DNA of 32,243 nt from Candidatus Omnitrophota bacterium (GTDB taxonomy: Bacteria; Omnitrophota; Gorgyraeia; Gygaellales; JAHJCI01). The DNA lies in NCBI GenBank assembly GCA_050122705.1, contig JASFIK010000001.1, forward strand, positions 1 to 32,243, in the 5' to 3' direction. The notes under the pieces were generated by a model. That model made no database searches. It was not told the origin of the DNA and saw only the letters and a program-made list of their open reading frames with translations. Below are positions 1 through 9,627 of this stretch, in pieces; within the stretch, counting starts at the first letter, position 1; every line of letters starts with the position of its first letter. Made by a program: the position numbers and the translations under genes.

Positions 1-792
1 TTCCGGACGGATAGCAAAAAAATCCTCCAGCTCTTGGAGTATCGACCATGTATCTTCATCCTGCTGCCAGATAAGACAGGCCTTATCTTGATTAAGCAAA
101 TGTTTAATGATTATTTTTTCACAGTTATTAAGTGCGAAAAAGCCAACAAAGTAAATTTTCTTAAACTCATCCAAGCAAATCTTATCTATTGACTGGGCTA
201 CTTGATAATAATTCAATCCCGGGGTGGTAAGATTGTTCTGCTTTAAAGACCTGTGGAATTCCTTATGTATCTGATTGATATTCTCAAGTAGTTGATTGAT
301 GTAATCAGGCAGGGGGAGGCCAATCTGCGCATTCTCTTGAAGGTTTAATAGTTGTTGTTCTGAAATCAGCTCCCTATCTAACTCCTCTAAAAACTGGAAA
401 ATCTTCCTTGCCCATAGAAAAAAGTGCTCAAACTCCAACTGCTTCTGCCAATCCAGATAGGTTAAATTTAATTGCTGAATAATCTTATGGATCAGGAAAC
501 AGGCATCAATTAAACTTACTGGCTGGCGGTTTATCCCAACTTGACTGAGCTGGGTAATTCGCTTAGCCAAATACTGAATAAACTCCTCAATAGAAAAACT
601 TCCCGGGGCAGGGAATGCCTTTCCTATCCGTTTGGCTAATGCCCTTCTCAGATAGATCTGGGGTCTTTTGCCTGGCGTAACTATTGCCACAGAACAAAGA
701 TTAGTACCAGCCGGGGCATTTCCTTTTAAAAGTAAATCTGCTAAGAAATTAATTATATCAACGTTAAAACCAATGCTATAAATCTTTCCCAT
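1..792 (-). CDS. AddB/RecB-like helicase-nuclease subunit, N-terminal 264 codons only (runs off left edge)
   Basis: Absent from the ORF track because no stop lies in the window. My hand translation is open from ATG 792-790 to base 1: MGKIYSIGFNVD..VAIVTPGKRPQIYLRRALAKR..IYFVGFFALNNCEKIIIKHLL. The TPxxRxxxxLRRAL segment and the GFxxLxxxExxII segment resemble the degenerate N-terminal helicase-like domain of AddB-type subunits. Recognised from memory only. Confidence 0.45.
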   Translation of the reverse strand, partial: MGKIYSIGFNVDIINFLADLLLKGNAPAGTNLCSVAIVTPGKRPQIYLRRALAKRIGKAFPAPGSFSIEEFIQYLAKRITQLSQVGINRQPVSLIDACFLIHKIIQQLNLTYLDWQKQLEFEHFFLWARKIFQFLEELDRELISEQQLLNLQENAQIGLPLPDYINQLLENINQIHKEFHRSLKQNNLTTPGLNYYQVAQSIDKICLDEFKKIYFVGFFALNNCEKIIIKHLLNQDKACLIWQQDEDTWSILQELEDFFAIRPE

Positions 793-812
793 TCTAAAAT
801 CTGTAGCTAATG

Positions 813-2351
813 TTAAGTTAATTGCCTTTTGGCGACTTTGCCGGTTGCGGTTTTGGGTAGGCTATCTCTAAACTCGACAAATTTGGGAATCTTAAAACTT
901 GCTAAATTGCCTCTTAAATACTTAATTATTTCGGCAGACGAAAAGTCTTCATTTTCTTTTAAAACGATAAATGCCTTGGGCACCTCTCCCTTAAATCTAT
1001 CTCTTACCCCCACCACAGCTGCCTCTTTAATCTTGGGGTGTCTAAATAAAACCCTCTCTATCTCAACAGGATAGACATTTAAACCCCGCACATTAATCAT
1101 CTCCTTTTTTCTATCAACTATATAAATATAGCCATCTTCATCAATCCTGCTCATATCTCCGGTAAACAGCCAATTATCCTTCAGGGTTTGACAGGTGGCC
1201 TGTTCATTCTTAAGATAACCAGCCATCACATTAGGCCCGCTAACCAGCAGTTCTCCAATCTGGCCTGCAGCAAGCTCATTGTCCTGTTCATCAATTACCT
1301 TTACCCTAACCTGTTCAATCGGTAGCCCCACTGAACCCGGCTTTCGCTCCCCGCGCATCGGGTTCAACGATACTACCGGTGAGGCCTCAGTTAAGCCGTA
1401 ACCTTCTAAAAGGGGAACCCTGAATTTTTCTTCAAATACGCTCAACACTTCCGTAGGCAAGGCTGCAGCCCCAGAAATACAAATCCTTAGCGGGTCAATC
1501 AGCTTTAAGATACGCGAGGTAAACACTGAGGGTATGTGCATATGGGCAAGGATATTGTAAATCGACGGTATCCCTACAAAAACAGTTACCTTTTTTTTAA
1601 TCACGTTTCTGATAATCTTGCGAAATGGCCGTAAAGAATCAATAATGGTAATGCTTGCTGCGATATTCACAGGCATGAGCACACACACTGTCCAAGCAAA
1701 TGAATGAAACATCGGTAAAAGGCAGATAAAGTTGTCTGTCTTTTTAGCATCTATAGCCTTGGCGCAGGCAAGGCAATTGGAGAGAAAATTTTCCTGGGTG
1801 AGCATTGCTCCTTTGGGCTGACCAGTTGTTCCCGAAGTATACAGGATTGAGGCAATGCTATTTTGCTCTATATTGACTGACTTAAAACTGGTAGTGGTTC
1901 TCTCAATGATTTCATAAAAATTCAGGGTATCGGTAGTTATCCCATCTACCAATATTATATTTTTTAAGATTTTTTGCTTCTCTTTTATCGGCCTGATGAT
2001 ATCAAGATAGGTAAGGGAGGTCACCACAGCCGAGGCATTAGCATCTTTAAGCACGAATTCTGTTTCTTGCTGCCTAAACATATTATTCACCGGTACAACC
2101 GTAGAGCCGGTTTTGATTATGCCAAAATAGGCAATCACAAACTCGGGTGAGTTAGACAAAAATATGGCTATCCGGTCACCTTTCTTAATTCCCAGATTGA
2201 TCAATCCTTGAGCAAAGCGACTGGAAGCGCAAGAGAGTTCTTTATAGGTAATTCGTTTATCTAAAAAATACATAGCAATCCTATCTGGATTAGCCGCTGC
2301 AGTTATATTCAGCATTTCAATTAAATTTTTGGGAAATTTCTTTTTTCTCAT
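813..2351 (-). CDS. AMP-dependent acyl-CoA synthetase/ligase (FadD-like)
   Basis: Adenylate-forming motifs are present: YTSGTTGQPKGA, GYGLTE, TGDMSRIDEDGYIYIVDRKKEMI and PKTATGKVAKRQL. I chose the start at MRKKKFPKNL (ATG 2351-2349), which forms an ATGA overlap with the upstream stop. The longer track start at 2411 would overlap the upstream gene by 64 nt. Confidence 0.85.
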   Translation of the reverse strand: MRKKKFPKNLIEMLNITAAANPDRIAMYFLDKRITYKELSCASSRFAQGLINLGIKKGDRIAIFLSNSPEFVIAYFGIIKTGSTVVPVNNMFRQQETEFVLKDANASAVVTSLTYLDIIRPIKEKQKILKNIILVDGITTDTLNFYEIIERTTTSFKSVNIEQNSIASILYTSGTTGQPKGAMLTQENFLSNCLACAKAIDAKKTDNFICLLPMFHSFAWTVCVLMPVNIAASITIIDSLRPFRKIIRNVIKKKVTVFVGIPSIYNILAHMHIPSVFTSRILKLIDPLRICISGAAALPTEVLSVFEEKFRVPLLEGYGLTEASPVVSLNPMRGERKPGSVGLPIEQVRVKVIDEQDNELAAGQIGELLVSGPNVMAGYLKNEQATCQTLKDNWLFTGDMSRIDEDGYIYIVDRKKEMINVRGLNVYPVEIERVLFRHPKIKEAAVVGVRDRFKGEVPKAFIVLKENEDFSSAEIIKYLRGNLASFKIPKFVEFRDSLPKTATGKVAKRQLT

Positions 2352-2578
2352 CGAATAAATATTAAAAAGATAAAGGCAACTAACACCAAAATAGCCACCA
2401 GGGCTACCCATCTATTTTTCTTGTATTGGGAAACTGGCTGGCCACAATAAAGGCAAAACAGGCAGTTGGTAGGAATAGGCTGTGCGCAGTTAGGGCAGGG
2501 CCTCATCTTAGGAGAGTCCTCTTCAGGCAATTCCTGCTCGCTGGTAAAATCAAAATAATCCTGGTTATCATCCCCCAT
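2348..2578 (-). CDS. small zinc-ribbon protein with C-terminal transmembrane helix
   Basis: It has a CPNC..x13..CLYC pair of Cys doublets and then a hydrophobic stretch, WVALVAILVLVAFIFLIFI. The ATG at 2578 overlaps the upstream TGA by 1 nt, and GGTGAG lies upstream. Confidence 0.6.
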   Translation of the reverse strand: MGDDNQDYFDFTSEQELPEEDSPKMRPCPNCAQPIPTNCLFCLYCGQPVSQYKKNRWVALVAILVLVAFIFLIFIR

Positions 2579-2994
2579 CACTCACCAATAATCTTTATCA
2601 AGGCGCGTTTTCTGCGCTGGCCATCAAACTCTCCATAAAAAATCTGCTCCCAAGGGCCAAAATCTAACTTTCCCTTGGTCACCGCAACCACTATCTGGCG
2701 CCCCATAATTGTCCGTTTAAGATGCGCGTGGGCATTATCCTCGCCAGTCAAGTTATGCTTGTAGCTATTTACATTATAGGGTGCTAGTTTCTCAAGCCAA
2801 AGCCTAAAGTCCTCATGCAGGCCTTCCTCGTCATCATTAATAAACACGCTTGCGGTTATGTGCATGGCATTAACCAGACAAAGGCCTTCTTTTATCCGGC
2901 TTTCCCTTAATGCCTTATTGACCTCTGGAGTAATATTGATGAATTCCAGTTTATTATTGGTATTAAACCATAAATATTTACTGTATGATTTCAT
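2578..2994 (-). CDS. yjbQ: YjbQ/UPF0047 family protein (paralogue 1)
   Basis: The sequence pattern is YjbQ-like: ..[66 protein letters not shown]. The second ATG (2994) is preferred because AAAGGAGAG lies 5 nt upstream of it. Confidence 0.8.
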   Translation of the reverse strand: MKSYSKYLWFNTNNKLEFINITPEVNKALRESRIKEGLCLVNAMHITASVFINDDEEGLHEDFRLWLEKLAPYNVNSYKHNLTGEDNAHAHLKRTIMGRQIVVAVTKGKLDFGPWEQIFYGEFDGQRRKRALIKIIGE

Positions 2995-3039
2995 TTTCTC
3001 TCCTTTCATAAACCCTGCTTAAATTAACGTAGGGCGAAT

Positions 3040-3633
3040 CTAAAGACGGGATTTATGAATTATCTGATATAGGTTTCTTTTGGGCACATGCAAAGTGCCC
3101 TGCTTATCCTTCCAGTATTTTATCGAACCCTTAAATTCCTCAATAATTGGCGATTCATCCGGATAACCTAAAGAAACGAGAGAATCTAATTTAAAATATT
3201 TTGAGATATTTAAAATTGCTCTTATTCTTTTGCGATTTATTGCCTGCATCCAGCAACTACCGATACCTTGTTCCCAAGCAGCTAAAAGAATATTCTCAAC
3301 CGCTGCCCCTATATCATAAGCAGCATATTTTACCTGTGCCTTAATCTTATCTAACAATACTACAATATAAGCAATTGGTCTCTTGCCAAGGGGCGGATCC
3401 CCGCGGGGAGCGATATAGCCTGCCCAGCTGAGAGCTGTAAAAATCTGGGCGCAAATATCAGGGTCAGTAATAATCATAAACTGTAAAGGTTGCAGATTGG
3501 CTGCTGAAGGAGCAAGTCTGGCAGCGTTAATTAATTGTTTTAATACCGCTTGAGGAATTGATTTCTGTTTAAAGCGGCGGATTGTGCGGCGTGAAATTAT
3601 TGCCTTATAGACTGGGAATTTCGCTCTTTGCAT
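3040..3633 (-). CDS. nitroreductase family protein
   Basis: RRTIRRFKQKSIP..INAARLAPSAANLQPLQFMIITD is the classic nitroreductase N-terminal signature. GGAG lies upstream, and the start is 3 nt after the upstream stop. Confidence 0.8.
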   Translation of the reverse strand: MQRAKFPVYKAIISRRTIRRFKQKSIPQAVLKQLINAARLAPSAANLQPLQFMIITDPDICAQIFTALSWAGYIAPRGDPPLGKRPIAYIVVLLDKIKAQVKYAAYDIGAAVENILLAAWEQGIGSCWMQAINRKRIRAILNISKYFKLDSLVSLGYPDESPIIEEFKGSIKYWKDKQGTLHVPKRNLYQIIHKSRL

Positions 3634-3636
3634 TGG

Positions 3637-4056
3637 CTAAACTCCGATGAGTTGTAGAATTATTCTTCTCTGACGCGGTCGATTATCAAATTCAGCTAAT
3701 ACAATCTGCTGCCAAGTGCCCAAAGTAAGGCGACCAGAATCAAATGGGATTACCAAAGAAGGCCCTTGCAGGGCAGCGCGTAGGTGGCTAAAACCATTTG
3801 CATCCCCCCAAGTCTCATCATGCGCATATGATTTGGCTTGGGGAATTAACTTCTCATATAGCTCTTTAATATCTGAGATTAAGCCTGGTTCGTATTCAAA
3901 GGTAGTGATTGCAGCGGTTGAGCCAACCACAAAGACAGTCATTGAGCCCTGTTTAAGACCACTCTGCTTTAAAATGCCCTCAACGCTATCGGTAATATTT
4001 AGTAAATCTCCTGTACCTTTGGTTTTTAGATTCAGTTGTTTAGTAATCACCTTCAT
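3637..4056 (-). CDS. yjbQ: YjbQ/UPF0047 family protein (paralogue 2)
   Basis: It has ..LLNITDSV..GSMTVFVVGSTAAITTFEYEPG..GFSHLRAALQGPSLVIPFDSGRLTLGTWQQIVLAEFD, and GGAGA lies upstream. Confidence 0.8.
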   Translation of the reverse strand: MKVITKQLNLKTKGTGDLLNITDSVEGILKQSGLKQGSMTVFVVGSTAAITTFEYEPGLISDIKELYEKLIPQAKSYAHDETWGDANGFSHLRAALQGPSLVIPFDSGRLTLGTWQQIVLAEFDNRPRQRRIILQLIGV

Positions 4057-4080
4057 TTATCGAATCTCCAATAGCGTTTG

Positions 4081-7000
4081 TTAAGAATTGACCAAGCGGG
4101 TTTCTCCTGTATCAACATAAATCAACCAGCCTTCGGTAAGCCTATCCGGATAAACCTGCTTGATTAAATTAAGATATTCCCTAATCTGCTCTTGGTGTTC
4201 CTCTGTATACTCTTCACCGGTCTTATAATCAATAACCAAGACTTTATCCTCAGTAAAAACTAGGCGGTCAATGCGCCTAAGATTGCCATACTGGTCAACT
4301 ATTTCTTTTTCATTACAAGCCGGGAATTGGGGATTTAAAAACCGCTGCATCTTGGGATTGCGGAAAAAATCGTCCAGGCACTGCATTATCTGAGAATCAT
4401 CAGTATAATGGAAGAATCGGCAGGCGTCTTTGATCCTCTGCACATAAGAAGATGGCTGTTCAAGATAGGCAGACGGCTCAATCTCTGCCAAAAGTTGATG
4501 CAAAACCTCGCCCCTCTTAACCAGGCATCTTTTGTTTAAAGGAATGATCTGCTCAGGGCGAACCAGTTGATTCCTAAGTATACTGGCAATCGCCTCTTGT
4601 GGTAATCTGCTGGGTAGTTTACTCTTCTTCCCAGGCTTATCCAGGCTGTGCCGTCGCATAATCAAACAGCCTTTTCTTTTACCGAATTCTTTTATATCTT
4701 GGCTTGCCTCAAATAATAAAGAAATCAGTGAGTTATCTTTGCGATTCACTCTCTTGGGAACAAATATATAGAGTTCTCTTGAGGCCCGCGTCAAACCTAC
4801 GTAAAGACAATTAAGTTCATCTAAGATAGACTGAAAATATTGCCTTTGGTAAATTGGAATCAGTTTTGGGTGACTGGAGACAATATCTTTTTGTGGATAT
4901 AATAGATATAAACCCTCCGGTGCTTCCTGGACAATCTTGGGCGCGCCAGAAGACCCCTGCCCGATCTTTATAGTTAATGCTGCATAAGGTAAAATGACCA
5001 CGGGTGAAGATAGTCCTTTGGCTTTATGAATAGTAAGAATCCTGATTGCATCCAGGCCTGAGGGCAAGACCACAAAAAGATCCTCCTCCTGAGCATTTTC
5101 AAGCCATTCAATAAAATCAGAAAGTGAATTCTTGCCCTGCTCTTGGAGGCTATTCAATATCTCCAGCAATCTTCGGGTAAATCCGACAAATTTTGGGAAA
5201 TTTGTCTGGACCCCAAACTTTGCTAAGATTGTTGCTACCAAATCATAAACCGGTAAAAAGCCGACTACATTAAACAGGTATTGTAAAAACTGCTTCCAGA
5301 CATCGGGAAATGCTAAGCGAAATTTAGTATACAAAACACCCTCTTGTTGACCAAGCCTTAATTCCTCCAGCCAAACCTGTAGTCGATGACCGCTCAATCC
5401 AGTTGCCTGGATAAAAATATCCCCCAGAATAAAATTAGCAAAGGCAAGATTGTCTATCGGCGAGTTTAAGAAGCGGAGCAAAGAAAGTATCTCTTGAATA
5501 AGATAATTATTTCGGACACTTATCGTGCGTGGCGCACAAACCGGATATCCTTGCTGAAGCAGAAACTCAGCTAACTCTTCTGACTCTTGATTATCGCGCA
5601 CCAAAATCATTATATCCCGATAATCCCACCTTGTTTTTAGCTGCCGGATGGTCTGATTAAGTGTAATATTTAAGTTTTCCTGCGCCTTTTGTTTGTTCTC
5701 TCCCTCAATCGCCTCTAACCTTACATAGCCACCCTCGCAATCTCTCTGGGGTAAGCCCTGTTGACTGTCTTTAAACACGGCTAATATTTTTCTTTGGAAT
5801 TCGCTGTTTAACTCAGGAAAAAATCGCATAAAATTCCTTAAATTCTCCTGGCTAAAAATACGGTTATTAAACTCAACGATAACCCGCTGAGAGCGGTAAT
5901 TATACAATAAAACCTCATCATATATCTTGGCTACTTGATTACTGAAGCGGCGTTTGATTAAATCAAACAATTCAACCTCTCCTCCGCGAAAGTGATAAAT
6001 TGCCTGTTTTTTATCGCCGACATAGAATAAAGAGCCGCCCTTGGAAAGCGCATCCTCAACTAAGGCCTGTATATTCTCCCACTGCAAAATGCTGGTATCT
6101 TGAAATTCATCAATCAAATAATGGTAAAGAACCGCCGATAATTTATAATATATTTCGGCTGGAAGCAGGCCTTGGTTGGTTAAAAATTGCCTCGCCTTTT
6201 TATTTAACTCATCGAGAAAAACAATTCTTTTCTCTTTTTCAAAATCGCTTAGGCGCTGGCGAAAGTAATTAAAAATTTTAAGGTAGGCATTATACCTTAG
6301 CCAGACAAAATCGCGGGCATAATTTTTGTAAATATCCTTGAGTTCTTGCCAATGGTTGATTAAGGCCTCAGTGGGTTTTCTGGCTTGCTTATTGAATATC
6401 CCTTCTCCTGGCATAAGGGCTTTGTGCATATTGCGATTGACCCGTTTAAAAAATTCGGGGCCAAAGATGCTTAATGATGATAGCATGGCTCTGCTAAACT
6501 GCTGATTAACGCCCTCTTGAACATTCAAAGAGGAGAGAAATTGGCGAATCCTGTTTTTAAGCTCGATTTCTGCCTGACTTAAATCAAAATCACCTGGTAT
6601 TTCTTTAAATAATTTAGCTCGTTTATTTTCCTCCTGATACAAACTACTTAACGCCTCAAGTAACGCCTTTTTGGGATTCCATTGTTTATATCTCTCCACC
6701 AGCAAGAAGTGATTCAAAAATTCTGAAAACAAACTGGCAATCTGGGGATTATAAAGGACCTCTTCTAAAAGGTCGTCGAGGACATATTCTAAATAGGGGC
6801 GTGGCTGAGGCAAAATTTCATAATCTGGAGGGAGTTTTAATTCTAGGCTCGAGGCAACCAGAAGGCTATGTACAAAGCTATCAATTGTGCGGACTGCAAA
6901 GTCAGAGAAATTATGAATGATTTCTTCTGTGATCCGCATTGCCCGATGAGAACCCTTACCTTTTCCCAAAGCCCTGGACTTGAGCATCTTAAGAATCTCC

Positions 7001-7239
7001 TGCCTCATCTGATCAGCTGCTTCGTTAGTAAAGGTAACTGCGAGAATATTACGGAAATCAAAGGGCAGAGAAGTCTTTGAGGGATAATTAAGTAAGAAGT
7101 CTATATAACGCCCTGCCAGCCTCCTTGTCTTTCCTGAGCCGGCAGAGGCCTCTAAGATATAAAGATGCGGGAAGGATAAGGGAAGGGTGGCGTTAATTCT
7201 GTCCTTCTTGGAGCTCTTCGCTGATTTCCTCTTTTTCAT
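4081..7239 (-). CDS. UvrD/Rep-type SF1 helicase fused to a C-terminal PD-(D/E)XK nuclease (AddA/RecB-like)
   Basis: Helicase motifs: Walker A ASAGSGKT, VTFTNEAA, DEFQDTS, YVGDKKQAIYHFRGG, YNYRS, TIHKAKGLSSPVV and LYVGLTRASRELYIF. The C-terminal nuclease signature is GEVLHQLL..IDRLVF..VIDYKTG..QIREYLNLI. The start is taken at MKKRKSAK (ATG 7239). The track's extra 40 residues lie inside rmuC. Confidence 0.85.
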   Translation of the reverse strand: MKKRKSAKSSKKDRINATLPLSFPHLYILEASAGSGKTRRLAGRYIDFLLNYPSKTSLPFDFRNILAVTFTNEAADQMRQEILKMLKSRALGKGKGSHRAMRITEEIIHNFSDFAVRTIDSFVHSLLVASSLELKLPPDYEILPQPRPYLEYVLDDLLEEVLYNPQIASLFSEFLNHFLLVERYKQWNPKKALLEALSSLYQEENKRAKLFKEIPGDFDLSQAEIELKNRIRQFLSSLNVQEGVNQQFSRAMLSSLSIFGPEFFKRVNRNMHKALMPGEGIFNKQARKPTEALINHWQELKDIYKNYARDFVWLRYNAYLKIFNYFRQRLSDFEKEKRIVFLDELNKKARQFLTNQGLLPAEIYYKLSAVLYHYLIDEFQDTSILQWENIQALVEDALSKGGSLFYVGDKKQAIYHFRGGEVELFDLIKRRFSNQVAKIYDEVLLYNYRSQRVIVEFNNRIFSQENLRNFMRFFPELNSEFQRKILAVFKDSQQGLPQRDCEGGYVRLEAIEGENKQKAQENLNITLNQTIRQLKTRWDYRDIMILVRDNQESEELAEFLLQQGYPVCAPRTISVRNNYLIQEILSLLRFLNSPIDNLAFANFILGDIFIQATGLSGHRLQVWLEELRLGQQEGVLYTKFRLAFPDVWKQFLQYLFNVVGFLPVYDLVATILAKFGVQTNFPKFVGFTRRLLEILNSLQEQGKNSLSDFIEWLENAQEEDLFVVLPSGLDAIRILTIHKAKGLSSPVVILPYAALTIKIGQGSSGAPKIVQEAPEGLYLLYPQKDIVSSHPKLIPIYQRQYFQSILDELNCLYVGLTRASRELYIFVPKRVNRKDNSLISLLFEASQDIKEFGKRKGCLIMRRHSLDKPGKKSKLPSRLPQEAIASILRNQLVRPEQIIPLNKRCLVKRGEVLHQLLAEIEPSAYLEQPSSYVQRIKDACRFFHYTDDSQIMQCLDDFFRNPKMQRFLNPQFPACNEKEIVDQYGNLRRIDRLVFTEDKVLVIDYKTGEEYTEEHQEQIREYLNLIKQVYPDRLTEGWLIYVDTGETRLVNS

Positions 7240-8335
7240 TGGTGAGCATATCAATGTTGATTCCTTTTTCTGTTCGTAAACTCTCGATTTGCTTAAGCGG
7301 GCGCTCGAGTTGCTGGCGGCGTGTAGAAAGTAATGCATCAAATTCGCGGCGCGCATCATCTATCCTATTCCCCATTCTCTCCATAGACTTAATAAAGAGA
7401 TTCCACTGCTTATTAAATGCTCCCAAAAGCGAAAGGATGTGCCCGGCAGTTCTCTCCAGATTAAAATTATCAACTGCCTGCCTGATTACTGCGAGAATCG
7501 CATACAGTGTAAGTGGAGAACAAAGTATAACTCTATTTTTAAGTGCCTGATCTAATATTGAGCCATCCGCCTCATTTATAAAAGCATAGACCTGCTCATT
7601 AGGAATGAATAGAATTACATAATCTATAGTATTGGCGGCGGGATTTATATAATCCCGGGTGGTAACCTCTTTTATCCTTGCCCTGACGTCTTTTAAGAAT
7701 TGCTCCTTATGCCGTTGCCTTTCTGATTCGTCCTTTGCCTCAAGATAATGCAGATAATTATCGAAAGGAAATTTTACATCCATATTCACGATAAGATTCT
7801 GCGGCAACAAAAATGTATAGTCTGGGCGACCTGACTCTAATACCTTCTGCTTTCTGTAATTTATACCCTCAATAAAGCCGGCTAGTCTCAATATATCCTC
7901 TGCCATTCTCTCGCCCCACTGCCCGCGAATCCTGCTGCTGCCCAGGGCAGTTTGAATATGAGAGGTAGTTTCCTGAAGCTTTGTGGTCTGCTCGGCATGA
8001 AACTTGAGCTTGGCGCTTATGTCTCCATATTGCTGCCGATGATCTTCTTTAAAGCTAGATACCAAATCCTGCACCTCCCTTAGCCTATCTTTCATCTCGC
8101 CGTGGGTCTGATCAATAAGCTCCTTTTTTTTCTCGAGTTCCTTTTGGTGGACCTGGCTCTGTTTGCCCAGAAATTCTCCAGCCAGTTTTAAGAAATCATC
8201 AATATTTTTAGATAATACTTCGGAGGATACAGCTCTAAAAGACTCCCTCATTGATCTCTTGCTGATAAACCACACAGCTATAATCAAGGCTATGCCTAGT
8301 GCCAGGCCAACAATAAAAGCAAGATAAATATTCAT
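7193..8335 (-). CDS. rmuC: DNA recombination protein RmuC
   Basis: It has an N-terminal TM helix, a long coiled-coil region, then RGQWGE..PDYTFLLP..VNMDVKFP..ILFIPNEQ. GGAGG lies 4 nt upstream of the ATG. Confidence 0.85.
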   Translation of the reverse strand: MNIYLAFIVGLALGIALIIAVWFISKRSMRESFRAVSSEVLSKNIDDFLKLAGEFLGKQSQVHQKELEKKKELIDQTHGEMKDRLREVQDLVSSFKEDHRQQYGDISAKLKFHAEQTTKLQETTSHIQTALGSSRIRGQWGERMAEDILRLAGFIEGINYRKQKVLESGRPDYTFLLPQNLIVNMDVKFPFDNYLHYLEAKDESERQRHKEQFLKDVRARIKEVTTRDYINPAANTIDYVILFIPNEQVYAFINEADGSILDQALKNRVILCSPLTLYAILAVIRQAVDNFNLERTAGHILSLLGAFNKQWNLFIKSMERMGNRIDDARREFDALLSTRRQQLERPLKQIESLRTEKGINIDMLTNEKEEISEELQEGQN

Positions 8336-8374
8336 GGTGCCTCCGTTATTAAAATAGGGGTTTTATCCGATCTT

Positions 8375-8383
8375 ATTATACCA
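8375..8383 (-). promoter_or_regulatory. candidate extended -10 promoter element (TGGTATAAT) for the rmuC array
   Basis: The minus strand reads TTTGTGGTATAAT about 40 nt upstream of the rmuC ATG. There is no convincing -35. Confidence 0.35.
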
Positions 8384-8441
8384 CAAATTAATCTTACTGA
8401 ACCTTAAATTTAGACTAACTGATTAAGGTAGGATTGTTTGG

Positions 8442-9560
8442 TTAAAAACTAGGCTCAATACAGAGGACCTTATGTTTCAGGCAACCCTTGAGGCCTCCCT
8501 TAATAAAGGAGAGATTGGTTAGGTATTTCATCTTGCACCAGGTAAAAAATTTACTGCGTGGCTCCATTGAAAAATTCCATTTGAAATATTGAAAAGTGAA
8601 AAAAAGGAAAGGCATAAAAAATAACCAACTAAATAAACCCCAAGAGAAAATTAATCCAAGCATAAATAATAAACCACTCAGATGCGCCATATGAAAATTT
8701 CCCCAATAGATAAAACCCTTCAAGGGAAAGGGAATCATAAATGAAGGCTTGGATTGCAAAAATTGAAGGATTATTTCCAGCCTTCTAATCTTAACGTATT
8801 TATCGATTAAGGGAGGATGCGCCTGGCCATAGCTTACCCATACGCGTCGCAGTGATTTAAGGTCAGCGCGGTGCATATGGTCAACCCTTGCCTTGGGGGC
8901 AAAGTAAAATTTCCATCCGTTCTTCCGATGTTGAAAGCTAAAATCCATATCCTCGCCAGTTGGTCTATCCCAAAATTTACTTCCCAATTCCCGGATTGCC
9001 GATGTCCGATAAGCGACATTGCAGGTTCCGAAGAAATAAGCCTTATGTCCCCCAATATCTGAGGGGCGGGGATGCTTAGGAAAATCAGGAAAATAACCCT
9101 CCTTGATAAACCCGTAGCGCGGGGAAACCATATTAAATCTAAAGTGTTGACACCAGGCCTCCACCAGATTGTTTGGGTCCACCTTGAGTGTAAAAACCTC
9201 TCCGCCTACCGCAGAAATCTTGGAATCTCGCTCAAACTGCCTTAAAATCTCTTTCATCCAATCCCTACAGGGCGCGCAATCAGCATCAGTAAAAAAGAGA
9301 AAATCGCCTTTAGCTACTTCTAAGGCGCGGTTACGGGCATAAGCCGGAGAAGGAGAATTAGGGGCCTCAACTAGCTTAATAAATGGATGCCGCTTAGTCC
9401 AGCTATTGATAATCTCCACAGTTCTATCTGTTGAACCACCATCAGCAATAATAATCTCCCAGGAATCGTGTGAGCAATCTACATTCAGTAAATACTCAAA
9501 TGTCTTCTCAATTGTCCGCTCAAAATTCTTTACCGGTATAATAATCGAACTAAAGGGCAT
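8442..9560 (-). CDS. family 2 glycosyltransferase with C-terminal membrane segment
   Basis: IIIPVKNFERTI..IIIADGGSTDRT..FTDADC form the GT2 DxD-type core. The tail is hydrophobic (LSGLLFMLGLIFSWGLFSWLFFMPFLFF). AGGAG lies 7 nt upstream. Confidence 0.8.
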   Translation of the reverse strand: MPFSSIIIPVKNFERTIEKTFEYLLNVDCSHDSWEIIIADGGSTDRTVEIINSWTKRHPFIKLVEAPNSPSPAYARNRALEVAKGDFLFFTDADCAPCRDWMKEILRQFERDSKISAVGGEVFTLKVDPNNLVEAWCQHFRFNMVSPRYGFIKEGYFPDFPKHPRPSDIGGHKAYFFGTCNVAYRTSAIRELGSKFWDRPTGEDMDFSFQHRKNGWKFYFAPKARVDHMHRADLKSLRRVWVSYGQAHPPLIDKYVKIRRLEIILQFLQSKPSFMIPFPLKGFIYWGNFHMAHLSGLLFMLGLIFSWGLFSWLFFMPFLFFTFQYFKWNFSMEPRSKFFTWCKMKYLTNLSFIKGGLKGCLKHKVLCIEPSF

Positions 9561-9627
9561 CTCTTGACTCCTGAGTGATTTTGTTTCTGATTATCCCCTG
9601 ATAAGTTTTAGACTATGATAATAAAGT

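Noticed and set aside
7240-7359. Longer N-termini offered by the track for the AddA-like gene (7359), the acyl-CoA ligase (2411), pyrK (10951), gyrA (24296), pyrR (18033) and yjbQ-1 (3009).
   Set aside because: The extensions overlap the upstream genes and do not align with known family N-termini. Internal starts give canonical N-termini or better SD spacing.
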